DNA of 64,000 bases from contig CAVUKC010000001.1 in NCBI GenBank assembly GCA_963741965.1, forward strand, positions 602,794 to 666,793, read 5' to 3'. Origin of the DNA: an uncultured Chloroflexia bacterium (GTDB lineage: Bacteria; Chloroflexota; Chloroflexia; Thermomicrobiales; UBA6265). The notes below the pieces were generated by a model. That model saw nothing but the letters and a program-made list of their open reading frames with translations. It was not told where the DNA came from and made no database searches. Position numbers and translations under genes: made by a program. Positions 53,941 to 63,317 of the stretch are shown piece after piece (position 1 is the first letter of the stretch; each line of letters opens with the position of its first letter).

Positions 53941-54528
53941 ATGCTTCTCCTGATCGCCCCGACAGCCGGCTCGGCCCAGACGAGCACGCCGACAACGGAC
54001 CCCGCGACCGGTGTGATGAGCTGGCCGGAGCTCGACGGCGTGCCGGGCACCCATATCGATGGTGAGCTGCTCTACGCGCAAGTCCCGCCCGTCGGCGGGC
54101 CGCACAATCCGGTGATGCAGAACTGCGGGTTCTACAGCGAGCCGATCTACAACTGGCACGCCGTGCACTCACTCGAGCACGGCGCCGTCTGGATCACCTA
54201 CGATCCGAGCCTGCCGGCTGGAGACATGGCGATCCTCCAGGCGTTCGGGACGCTCGATCACGTACTCGTATCTCCGTATCCGGGACAGGGAAGCCCGATC
54301 GTGGTCAGCGCCTGGGGACGGCAGCTGCGACTCGACGGCTTCGATCCGTATCAGGTGCAGGAGTTTGTCAGCGAGTTCCGCAATAATCCGGCAACCGCGC
54401 CCGAACCGAACGGTCCGTGTGAGCAGGGAACCTCCGATACGATCGCTCCCGGTGATACGCTTCAGACAGAACCAGCCGTGATATCCGGCACTCCGGACGA
54501 GGTTGCCGCCGCCGAGGCGGGCCAGTGA
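53941..54528 (+). CDS. DUF3105 domain-containing protein, paralogue; the true start is probably at 53859 in another frame
   Basis: 195 aa. Core 'PPVGGPHNPVMQNCGFYSEPIYNWHAVHSLEHGAVWITYDP'. The tracked start has no RBS and only a stub signal peptide. ATG 53859 carries RBS AGGAGAGG and encodes 'RRSMRVVLVGIS', but sits in the -1 frame relative to this ORF. Confidence 0.7.
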   Translation: MLLLIAPTAGSAQTSTPTTDPATGVMSWPELDGVPGTHIDGELLYAQVPPVGGPHNPVMQNCGFYSEPIYNWHAVHSLEHGAVWITYDPSLPAGDMAILQAFGTLDHVLVSPYPGQGSPIVVSAWGRQLRLDGFDPYQVQEFVSEFRNNPATAPEPNGPCEQGTSDTIAPGDTLQTEPAVISGTPDEVAAAEAGQ

Positions 54529-54586
54529 GTCATCCCCCGGCATTGCGGCGATGCGGGGGTGCCGGCAAGCAACAGGGATAGCAGGC

Positions 54587-55288
54587 ATGCCATCGACCGT
54601 GACCCGCGAGAAACTGACGTTCTTCGGCGTGCTGGCACTGATCGTGGTGCTGGTTGCCGGCGGGTTCGCGGTCAATGGGCTGTGGAACCGCTCCCCCGAC
54701 AGTGACTCCGCCGAGGCGGGGTTCCTCCGCGACATGCAGGTGCATCACCTGCAGGCCGTCCAGATGGCGATGATCGTCCGCGACCGCACCGAGGACGAGC
54801 AGATCAAGTCCATGACGACAGACATCGCCTTCAGCCAGACCTCGCAGATCGGCCAGATGCAGGGCTACATGGGGGTATGGGATATCGCTCCGACAGGAGA
54901 CCAGGCGCCCATGGCGTGGATGGGTCACGCCGTCGCCCCTGGCGAGCGAATGCCTGGCATGGCTTCTGACGAAGAGGTGCAGATGCTGCGGACCCTGCCG
55001 GTCGAGCAGGCCGAGACGCTGTTCCTGCAGCTGATGACGCGCCATCACATCGCCGGCGTCGAGATGGCGCAGGATGTGATCGACCGCAGCGACAACGACG
55101 ATATCGTCGACCTGGCGACATCGATGATGCGGGTGCAGAACGCCGAGATCCAGATCATGAACCAGTTTCTCGAAGGTCGGGGCTACGATCCGATCACACC
55201 GGAGAATGTCGACAACCTGGTGATCGCTTTCGACGCGACGCCACAGGCGAGCCCGGCCGCGACTCCCGCCAGTCACGAGGGGCACTGA
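54587..55288 (+). CDS. DUF305 domain-containing exported protein
   Basis: 233 aa from ATG 54587. TM 'LTFFGVLALIVVLVAGGFAV'. Two 'F...M..HH..A..MA' repeats: 'FLRDMQVHHLQAVQMA' and 'FLQLMTRHHIAGVEMA'. Confidence 0.8.
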   Translation: MPSTVTREKLTFFGVLALIVVLVAGGFAVNGLWNRSPDSDSAEAGFLRDMQVHHLQAVQMAMIVRDRTEDEQIKSMTTDIAFSQTSQIGQMQGYMGVWDIAPTGDQAPMAWMGHAVAPGERMPGMASDEEVQMLRTLPVEQAETLFLQLMTRHHIAGVEMAQDVIDRSDNDDIVDLATSMMRVQNAEIQIMNQFLEGRGYDPITPENVDNLVIAFDATPQASPAATPASHEGH

Positions 55289-55531
55289 ACCTCGATCAGA
55301 CGCACGTTTCGACTCGGTTTACATCGGTTCGCAGGGAGATTGGCGCGTAGGAGCGGTCCGGGCCTGTCCCGAGCAGGCGGCGCAGGCGCCGTCGTTGAAG
55401 GATGACCGGCCGGCGGTCGTGAAGCTGCCGCAGTCGATGGGGGATGCCGCCGGCCCACACATTGCCGCCCTGCGGGCGGCCGGGCGATCGCCCCTACGTC
55501 GTCGTGGAACCAACCTGAATCGTCGCCTGGG

Positions 55532-56494
55532 TTACGGCAGCCCGACGTGGATGGCGCGTGCATCGGCGCCGTCATACGCCGGCTCGTTTTCGGCGATTGC
55601 GGTCAGGCCGTCTCGTTCCAGCGCCATCACCAGCTCGGTGAGCCAGGGAAGATCCTCCGGCGCGAAGTCGGGCTTGACCAGGCGTCCGAGAGCGTCGAGT
55701 GGCATCGCACCGTCATTGTGCTCCCGAAGCGCGTCCATGATACGGCCGCGGAAATACCGGTTGGTCTGCTCGAAGGGGACGGCGCGAGCCTTGCCCTTGC
55801 GTGCCGAGGATGCGGCGAGAATATCCGAATGGATGGTGGGACGCGCCTTGCAGAATGCCTGCGCCGGACAGACCACGCAGGCGGGGGTGCGGGCGGTGCA
55901 CTGGAGCGCGCCGAACTCGATCAGCGCCTGGTTCCAGCGCCAGCCGTCGCCGTAGGGAATCGCGGTCTCGGCGATCTCCAGCACCTCGCGGTCGCTTGCC
56001 TGGCGCTCCGGTACGTCGCTGCCGACGAACACGCGATGCAGCACGCGGCGCATGTTGGTGTCAATGAACGGGACGTTCCGCTCGAACGCGAAGCAGGCGA
56101 TGGCGCCGGCGGTGTACGGGCCGATGCCGGGCAGGGCGAGCAGATCCTCCACCGTGTCCGGGAAGGTTCCACCGCGCTCGACGACCGCAGCCGCCGCGCG
56201 CTGGAGGTTCACGGCCCGCCGGTTGTAGCCAAGCCCTTTCCAGAGCCGGATGACGTCTGCCGTCGGTGCGCTCGCCAGGGCTTGCACATCGGGGAACCGC
56301 TCGAGCCAGGCGATGTAGTAGGGGATGACGCGGTCCACCTGCGTCTGCTGGAGCATGACCTCGGCGACGAGGATGCGGTACGGATCTCGCGTGCGACGCC
56401 AGGGCAGGTCGCGGGCGTTGCCCTCCCACCAGCCGAGCAATGCCCGTTGGAAGGCAGCGATGTCGTCGGCTGGCGGGAGAGTGGGATCGGTCAT
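55532..56494 (-). CDS. mutY: A/G-specific adenine DNA glycosylase
   Basis: 320 aa. 'LPWRRTRDPYRILVAEVMLQQTQV', HhH-GPD 'LPGIGPYTAGAI', 4Fe-4S cluster loop 'CTARTPACVVCPAQAFC'. Confidence 0.9.
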   Translation of the reverse strand: MTDPTLPPADDIAAFQRALLGWWEGNARDLPWRRTRDPYRILVAEVMLQQTQVDRVIPYYIAWLERFPDVQALASAPTADVIRLWKGLGYNRRAVNLQRAAAAVVERGGTFPDTVEDLLALPGIGPYTAGAIACFAFERNVPFIDTNMRRVLHRVFVGSDVPERQASDREVLEIAETAIPYGDGWRWNQALIEFGALQCTARTPACVVCPAQAFCKARPTIHSDILAASSARKGKARAVPFEQTNRYFRGRIMDALREHNDGAMPLDALGRLVKPDFAPEDLPWLTELVMALERDGLTAIAENEPAYDGADARAIHVGLP

Positions 56495-56514
56495 TCGAGC
56501 GTAGGCAGCGTTCG

Positions 56515-57171
56515 CTACTTGCCCATCGGGGCAGGGCGCTTGATCTCGATCACGCTCGGGCGGTCGCGGACGACGTTGACGAAGTCATGGAAGAACCCGA
56601 CGGGATCCTTCGGCATGTCCATGTAGTTGAGCTTGAGGTACGCCGCCTCGCCGTTCTCGAAGACGATCGTCGGGGTGCCGAACACCTCGTGCTCGCTGCG
56701 GCCCTCACGGTAGTCGTTCTCGATGTCGCTGAAGACCTCATCCGAGGAAAGATCGGCGCGGAACTGCTCGAGATCGAGACCCGCGTCCTCCGCGGCCGAT
56801 TCGAGAACCTGCTGTCGGCTGAGGTTGCGGCCCTCCTCATGGCGCTTGAGGAACAGCGCCGCATGGAACGCCGTGAACTGCTCTTCGCCCTGCTTCCTGG
56901 CGGCGTGGAACGCCTGGAAGGAGCGCAGCGTGCTGCTGGAACCGTCGTTCGGCTGCTCCCACACCTTGAAGTCGGGGTCCGAAGCGTTGACCTGCTCGAG
57001 CGGGAAGATGCGCCAGGTGAGATCGACCTCTTCGCCGAGCTCGTCCTTCACCTGGTCCAGCCAGAGCTGCGCCGCCCAGGCGAACGGGCAGGCGTAATCG
57101 AAATAGACGTCAAGCTTGTACGTCGCGGAGCCGGTGCGGTCCGCGGCGCGATTCTCGGTCGTGAGTGCCAA
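56515..57171 (-). CDS. DsbA-family thioredoxin-fold protein (CPFA variant); start uncertain
   Basis: 'KLDVYFDYACPFAWAAQLWL' and 'VFGTPTIVF' indicate a DsbA/HCCA-isomerase-like fold. The tracked ATG at 57291 would overlap coaE by 98 nt, so I chose the in-frame TTG at 57171, downstream of the coaE stop. Confidence 0.6.
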   Translation of the reverse strand: MALTTENRAADRTGSATYKLDVYFDYACPFAWAAQLWLDQVKDELGEEVDLTWRIFPLEQVNASDPDFKVWEQPNDGSSSTLRSFQAFHAARKQGEEQFTAFHAALFLKRHEEGRNLSRQQVLESAAEDAGLDLEQFRADLSSDEVFSDIENDYREGRSEHEVFGTPTIVFENGEAAYLKLNYMDMPKDPVGFFHDFVNVVRDRPSVIEIKRPAPMGK

Positions 57172-57193
57172 TGTACGGGACCCTTTCGTTGCG

Positions 57194-57901
57194 TCAGCCG
57201 GCACCTTGCTCGAGGCGACGCGAGATCTCCTGCCAGCCGGCGTCGACCTGCGCGTACGTTTCTTCGATGGTGCCGCTGTTTTCGATGACACGGTCCGCGC
57301 GCGCGAGTTTGGGAGCCATGGGTGGCTGTGCCTCGACGCGGCGGCGTGCTTCCACTTTGGAGAGTGTATTGCGCTCCATCAATCGTGTCACCTGAACGTC
57401 GGTATCGGCGGTCACCACCCAGACCTCGTCGCAGTGGTCGGCGTGGCCGCTCTCGATGAGCTTCACGGCGTCGATCACCACCACGCCGCGCTCGATCGCT
57501 TCGACGCGCCGGTCGATTTCGGCGATCACGGCGGGGTGCGTGAGCGCGTCGAGCTCACGCAGCTTGCCGGGATCGCTGAAGACGATGGCGCCGAGTGCAG
57601 GACGGTCGAGGCTCCCGTCCGGCGCGATGATGTGAGCACCGAAATGGCCCGCAAGGGTCGCGAGAAGCGGCTGGCCGGGACCGACGAGCTCGCGGTAAAC
57701 GAGGTCGGCGTCGATGCCGATGGCTCCGAGCTCCTCCAGGTGACGCACGACCGTGCTCTTGCCCGAGGCGATGTTGCCGGTGACGCCGAGGACGAATCTG
57801 CGGCGGTTGGACGCTCCAGTCGGAATGTCGCGACCGTGGATCACGCCACGAGGCTCTTCGGGAGCGGCTTTCGCCAGGCCGGCCACGCGATCATCGGTCA
57901 T
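57194..57901 (-). CDS. coaE: dephospho-CoA kinase
   Basis: 235 aa from ATG 57901, which overlaps the ABC-F stop (ATGA). P-loop 'GVTGNIASGKST' and 'HPAVIAEI'. About 30 aa of N-terminal extension. Confidence 0.85.
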   Translation of the reverse strand: MTDDRVAGLAKAAPEEPRGVIHGRDIPTGASNRRRFVLGVTGNIASGKSTVVRHLEELGAIGIDADLVYRELVGPGQPLLATLAGHFGAHIIAPDGSLDRPALGAIVFSDPGKLRELDALTHPAVIAEIDRRVEAIERGVVVIDAVKLIESGHADHCDEVWVVTADTDVQVTRLMERNTLSKVEARRRVEAQPPMAPKLARADRVIENSGTIEETYAQVDAGWQEISRRLEQGAG

Positions 57902-59872
57902 TCGCCCAGCTCGGCGGCGACGAGCTCCCGCTCCTGGGTGATCTCTTCCCATTGCTGGTAGACCGCATCGAGCTCCGCCTGGAGGCGCTCGTACTGCCCA
58001 CCGAGGCGAGCAACGGCGTCGAGATCCTGATCGGCGCTTGCGATGGCGAGGGCATCGGAGATCTCGTTGACCTTGCCCTCCATCTGAGCGATCTCCCGCT
58101 CCACCTTGCCGAGCCGCCGTTCGACGTCTGTCGAGGTCCGACGCCGAGGCTTGCCCTTGGACGTGATCGTCATCGCGGGGTCGCTCGGCGCTTGCTGGGG
58201 CTCCGGTTCTGCCACCGGTTCGGGTTCGGGGCTCGGCGGTGCCGCGGCAGCCTCGAGGCGACGATGGTAGTCGCTGTAGTTGCCGAGATGCTCGTGGATC
58301 GTGCCATCCTCCACGATCCAGAGCTTCGTCGCCACCTTGTCCATGAAGTAGCGGTCGTGCGACACGAAGAGGATCGTGCCGTCGAATCCGGTCAGCATCC
58401 CTTCCAGCGACTCGCGGGCGTTGATGTCGAGGTGGTTCGTCGGCTCGTCGAGGATCAGCAGGTTCGCCCGCTCGAGCAGCAGGACCGCGAGCGCCAGCCG
58501 CGAGCGCTCGCCGCCCGAAAGCGAGCCGACCTGCTTGTACACATCGTCGCCAGTGAAGAGGAAGCGGCCGAGGTACGTCCGGGCGGCTTCCTCCGTCATC
58601 GGCTGGACATCGAGGATGACCGAGAGCGGCGTGCCGTCGCCGCGCCCGCGGAGCTGCTCGTGGCTCTGAGCGTAGTAACCGGGGTGCACGTTGGTGCCGA
58701 AGGTGTGGTCGCCGTGCAGTGCGGGCAGTGTGCCCACAAGCGTCTTCAGCAGCGTGGTTTTGCCGCTGCCGTTAGGGCCGAGGAGGCCGATGCGGTCGCC
58801 TCGCTCGATCGAGAGCTCCGGCGTGCGAAGCAGCTCGGTCGGATGGCCCGTCTCGCCGTCGTGGTAGCCGACCGACATCTCGGTGGTGGAGAGGACCATG
58901 CGGCCGCTGCGAACCGCGCCGCCGATCTTCATGGTGAGCCGATCGTGCTCCTGCGGCTTCGGGACGCGCTCCAGCCGATCAAGCTTCTTCTGCCGGCCGC
59001 GCGCCTCGCGATACCGCTGTCCGTTGCCGTACTTGCGGATGAACTCTTCCGTCCGGGCGATGTGCTCCTGCTGCTCCTCGTACTCCTTGCGGCGGCGTTC
59101 CATGCGCTCCTCGCGCAACTCAAGATAGCGGCCGTAGGGAGCGGGGTAGTCCTCGAGACGACCGAAGGAGAGGTCCATGGTGCGGGTGGTGACGCGGTCG
59201 AGGAAGTAGCGATCGTGCGAGACGATCAGGCAGGCGCCGTTCCACGTTTTCAGGAATGTTTCCAGCCACTCGAGCATGTCAAGGTCGAGGTGGTTCGTCG
59301 GCTCGTCGAGCAGCAGCAGGTCCGGGTCGGCGAGGAGCGCCTTGGCCAGCGCCACGCGGGTCTTCTGGCCACCACTGAGCTGGCTCACCGGCTGGTCGAA
59401 CTGGTCCGACGTGAAGCCAAGCCCGGTGAGCACCTCGTCGGTGCGATGCTCGATGTCATAGCCGCCGGCCGTCTCGAAGCGGGTTTGCAGGCGCGCGTAC
59501 TCGTCCATCAGCGCGTCGAGGTCATGACCGTTGCTGGACATCGAGTGCTTCGATCTCCCGCATCCGGCTGGCCATCTCGAGCACCGGCGTGAACGCGAGG
59601 CGCGCCTCCTCGCGGAGCGTTTCCTCCGAGGTGAACGACGCTTCCTGCGGCAGATACGTGATGCGTAGCCCCTTCAGCGGTGCCACGATGCCCGCATTGG
59701 GGTGCTCGATACCGGCGATGATGCGGAGCACGGTCGACTTTCCGGCACCGTTGACACCCACCAGCGCAACGTGCTCTCGCTCCACGACCTGAAACGAGAC
59801 GCCGGAGAAGATCTCCTCGGCGATGTAGGTCTTGGCAAGGTCAGTGACGGTCAGAATCGGTACGGGGGGCAT
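57898..59872 (-). pseudogene. ABC-F family ATPase (Uup/YheS/EttA-like), interrupted by a +1 frame change near 59522-59560
   Basis: ORF 59522..59872 carries the first Walker A ('GVNGAGKST') only. ORF 57898..59541 carries the matching signature and Walker B ('LSGGQKTRVALAKAL', 'LLLLDEPTNHLD'), a complete second cassette and a C-terminal coiled coil. One ABC domain is therefore split across two frames. The span is 1975 nt (3n+1). Confidence 0.85.
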
Positions 59873-60214
59873 GAAGCTGGTCCTTGTGTCAGGGCGTGCA
59901 GGTCATTGCGTGGGCGCGGTCAAACCCGCTGCGAGCGGAGTTGCCAGCGGGTGTCAGGCTCTTCGGTTGGTCCGGAGTCAGCTGACCAGCAACATGACCG
60001 ATGCGTCTCCTGCACAGGTGTCCACGAGAGGAATGGAACGGGCGACCACGGTGGCCGGCCGGGGTGTGTCGCGAGCGATGCCGCGGGAACCTCCATTAGT
60101 ATAGCAAGGGCAGGAGATCCAGGAGGCGCATGCCCCGGTATGATGCGCCAGTTATGTGTACACTGCCTCACAAGAACTCATGCCCGCTCAGGAATCACCA
60201 CGCAGGACCAATGC

Positions 60215-61561
60215 ATGCCTGACCCGCTCAACACTGTCCTCTGGCCCACCGACAGCGCCCGTGGCGCCGCCGGCGAGATCGAAATCGCTGGACATGCGCT
60301 CTCCGCCCTGGCCAGTGAGTACGGCACTCCATTGTATGTCTTCTCCGAAGCTGAGCTTCGGGATAACTGCCGCCAGGTCACCCGCGCCTTCCGCGAGGCA
60401 TGGCCACGGACGCGGGTGGTCTATGCCGGCAAGGCGGGACTGAATGGCACATTGATCCAGCTGCTCACCGAGGAGGGGCTCGGGCTCGATGTTGTGTCCG
60501 GCGGCGAGCTTGCTCTGGCGCTGTCCGCGGGGGTTGATCCGGCGGAGATCTCATTCCACGGCAACAACAAGGGCGAGGACGAGCTTCGCGAGGCGGTGCG
60601 GGCAGGTGTCGGCAAGATCGTCGTCGACAATCTCGACGAGGTCGATCGGCTCGCCGGAATCGCCGCGTCGCTCGGCGCCACGCAGCCCGTGCTGCTTCGA
60701 CTGAACCCCGGCGTCGATGTGCACACGCACCACAAGATCAGCACCGGCATCGTCGATTCAAAATTCGGCATGCCAATCGCGAATGGACAGGCACGGGCGG
60801 CGGTCGAGCGCATCCTGATGCACCAGCAGCTTCAGCTGCTTGGCTACCACGCGCATATCGGATCGCAACTGTTCGAGTCCGAAGCGTACATCGCCGCAAT
60901 CGACGAGCTCGTCGCGTTCGGCGCCGGGATGCGCCGCGACCTCGGTGTCGAGATGCAACATCTCTCGCCAGGCGGAGGGTTCGGCATCGCGTACCTGGAT
61001 GAGGACGAGCCGAGGCCGGCGGCGTGGTGGGCGGGCGTGATCGCCAATGCCCTTCGCGATGCCTGCACCCGACACGACATGCCGGAGCCAGTACTCACAG
61101 TCGAGCCCGGGAGGTCGATAGTGGGACCTGCCGGTGTTGCGGTGTACCGGGTCGGATCGATCAAGGAGATTCCCGGCGTCCGAACATATGTTGCAGTGGA
61201 TGGCGGAATGGCCGACAATATTCGTCCTTCACTCTATGATGCGCGGTACACCGCCGTGGTGGCCAATCGCGACGCAGACGTCGGACGCATCCGCGATGTC
61301 GCGGTGGTGGGGAAGTACTGCGAGTCCGGTGACATCCTGATCGAGCATGTCTCGCTCCCGGATGTCGAAGTGGGTGACGTGCTCGCGCTGCCGGGGTGCG
61401 GCGCCTATTGCCTGCCAATGGCGAGCAACTACAATGGCGCCTTGCGACCGGCGGTCGTGTTGGTGTCCAGCGGCGGCGTGAAACTGATGCGCCGGCGCGA
61501 AACCTATGCCGATCTGCTGCGCCATGATCCGGCGCTCGATCTCGCCCATGCGGCCAATTGA
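60215..61561 (+). CDS. lysA: diaminopimelate decarboxylase
   Basis: 448 aa from ATG 60215; the tracked ORF 59702 is over-extended. 'YGTPLYVF', 'VVYAGKAG' (PLP-Lys), 'EPGRSIVG', 'GKYCESGD'. Confidence 0.9.
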   Translation: MPDPLNTVLWPTDSARGAAGEIEIAGHALSALASEYGTPLYVFSEAELRDNCRQVTRAFREAWPRTRVVYAGKAGLNGTLIQLLTEEGLGLDVVSGGELALALSAGVDPAEISFHGNNKGEDELREAVRAGVGKIVVDNLDEVDRLAGIAASLGATQPVLLRLNPGVDVHTHHKISTGIVDSKFGMPIANGQARAAVERILMHQQLQLLGYHAHIGSQLFESEAYIAAIDELVAFGAGMRRDLGVEMQHLSPGGGFGIAYLDEDEPRPAAWWAGVIANALRDACTRHDMPEPVLTVEPGRSIVGPAGVAVYRVGSIKEIPGVRTYVAVDGGMADNIRPSLYDARYTAVVANRDADVGRIRDVAVVGKYCESGDILIEHVSLPDVEVGDVLALPGCGAYCLPMASNYNGALRPAVVLVSSGGVKLMRRRETYADLLRHDPALDLAHAAN

Positions 61562-61633
61562 CACATCTGCCCAGCCCGCTATTCGATTCTGTAATGATGG
61601 GACAGGCTCGATACAGCACGTGAGGAGATCCAG

Positions 61634-63142
61634 ATGAGTGATGAAACGAACCCGACTGATCTGGATGTGGTGCTGCCCGACGATCTCGAGGCGGCGGACG
61701 AAACCGACATTGCACGCAGCCTGAGCCATATCGCTGATCTGCTCCACAGCGACGACGTCCCGGTGCGGCCAAGGCGGCGGGACCTCATGGAGGATGAGCC
61801 CGAAGCAGACGAGCTCGCCGAGGTGGAGATCGACGAGCCGGAACAGAACGGGCTCTCGACCGCCGCGATCGACGACGACACGAGCACCGACGTGAGTCTC
61901 GACGATCCGGTACGCATGTACCTTCGCGAGATCGGGCGCGTGCCGCTGCTGACGGCGGACCAGGAGGTCGACCTCGCCCAGGCGATTGAGCACGGCGAGT
62001 ATCTCCGCGAGCTGCTGGAGCGGTTCGGCGCGAGCACCGTCGACGAGGCGGACCCGGTCGAGCTCGGCATGGCGACCTTCAACGCCTTCCGCGCTGGCTG
62101 GGAGGTCGTTGATCGCCTCGCGCGCGGCATGCAGGGTACTCCACCACCCAGCCGGGGCATGATCCTGAGCACGATGCTGCCGATCACCAACCTTCCTGAC
62201 AAGCTCATCGCGCAGGTTGCTGGTGACCTCGACATGGATCCGGGTGACATCGAGGAATTCCTGCGCCAGCGTGCCATCGAGTGGCGGATGTTGCCCGTAC
62301 CGGTCCAGGACGAGCTTCAGGACCCGTCATCGTGGCCCGACCCGCAGGACATCGAGGCGCTCTTCGAGCGGCGACGGGTGCGGCAGATTCGCGACTGGCG
62401 GGCCATGCAGGCGGAGGGCGTGTCGGCCAAGGTAGCGCTCACCGAGGCGAACCTCCGGCTCGTGGTTTCGGTGGCGAAGAAGTACTCCGGCCGCGGGATG
62501 GGAATGCTCGACCTCGTCCAGGAAGGCAATCTCGGCCTGATCCGGGCGGTCGAGAAGTTTCAGCACCACAAGGGATTCAAGTTCAGCACCTACGCGACAT
62601 GGTGGATACGCCAGGCGATCACTCGCGCGATCGCGGACCAGGCGCGCACGATCCGCATCCCCGTGCACATGGTCGAGACGATCAACCGGCTCATTCGTAC
62701 CAGCCGGCGCATGCAGCAGGACCTGGGCCGGGAGCCGACGGATGAGGAGCTCGGCAAGGAGATGGAGATGACGCCGGAGCGGGTCCGCGAGATCCTCAAG
62801 ATCAGCCAGGACCCGATCAGCCTCCACATGCCGGTCGGCGAGGAGGAGGACAGCTCGCTCGGCGACTTCATCGAGGACCAGAACATGCCGGCGCCCGCCG
62901 ATGCGGCGGGAAAGAAGCTGCTGCGGGAGCAGGTCGGTGACGTACTTTCCACGCTCAATGAGCGCGAGCGGGACGTGCTGGCAATGCGGTACGGGCTGAA
63001 CGACGGCCGCGCGCGCACCCTTGAAGAGGTCGGGCGCGAGTTCGGTGTCACGCGTGAGCGCATCCGGCAGATCGAGGCGAAGGCGCTGCGCAAGCTTCGC
63101 CATCCGAACCGGGCGCGGATGCTGCGCGACTTCCTCGACTGA
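61634..63142 (+). CDS. rpoD: primary RNA polymerase sigma factor (sigma-70)
   Basis: 502 aa with an acidic region 1.1. Region 2 '[27 protein letters not shown]', region 4.2 '[28 protein letters not shown]'. Confidence 0.95.
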   Translation: MSDETNPTDLDVVLPDDLEAADETDIARSLSHIADLLHSDDVPVRPRRRDLMEDEPEADELAEVEIDEPEQNGLSTAAIDDDTSTDVSLDDPVRMYLREIGRVPLLTADQEVDLAQAIEHGEYLRELLERFGASTVDEADPVELGMATFNAFRAGWEVVDRLARGMQGTPPPSRGMILSTMLPITNLPDKLIAQVAGDLDMDPGDIEEFLRQRAIEWRMLPVPVQDELQDPSSWPDPQDIEALFERRRVRQIRDWRAMQAEGVSAKVALTEANLRLVVSVAKKYSGRGMGMLDLVQEGNLGLIRAVEKFQHHKGFKFSTYATWWIRQAITRAIADQARTIRIPVHMVETINRLIRTSRRMQQDLGREPTDEELGKEMEMTPERVREILKISQDPISLHMPVGEEEDSSLGDFIEDQNMPAPADAAGKKLLREQVGDVLSTLNERERDVLAMRYGLNDGRARTLEEVGREFGVTRERIRQIEAKALRKLRHPNRARMLRDFLD

Positions 63143-63317
63143 TCGCGATTCCTCCCGGAAAGCGAATCCCTGCGAACGGGCCGGCCATGTGCCGGTCCGT
63201 CGCCGTTCACACAGGCAGGTCCGGGAGGCACGGGTATCGCTGGATACCGGCGGCGGGGCAGGCATCCTGCGAACCATGTACAGTGATGCAGATACGAAGA
63301 CGAAGGAGACTCCTTGC

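Noticed and set aside
55319-55513. A 64-aa Cys-containing ORF (minus strand, TTG start) in the DUF305-mutY spacer, considered as a possible RiPP precursor.
   Set aside because: It has no RBS and a non-ATG start, no maturase or transport genes are nearby, and its composition is typical of random high-GC ORFs.
59515-59545. Programmed +1 ribosomal frameshift (prfB-like) at the ABC-F junction, where frame 1 ends '...cgg tca tga c'.
   Set aside because: There is no upstream internal Shine-Dalgarno and no CUU-U type slippery P-site codon. The other three +1 junctions have no stop codon or shared motif at all, so an assembly indel is more parsimonious.
60088-60214. Lysine (L-box) riboswitch upstream of lysA, suggested by 'GAGGCGC' and a 7-bp hairpin GGCGCAT/ATGCGCC.
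   Set aside because: Only about 90 nt separate the motif from the ATG, far short of the ~170-nt five-helix L-box. The other conserved L-box segments are not present.
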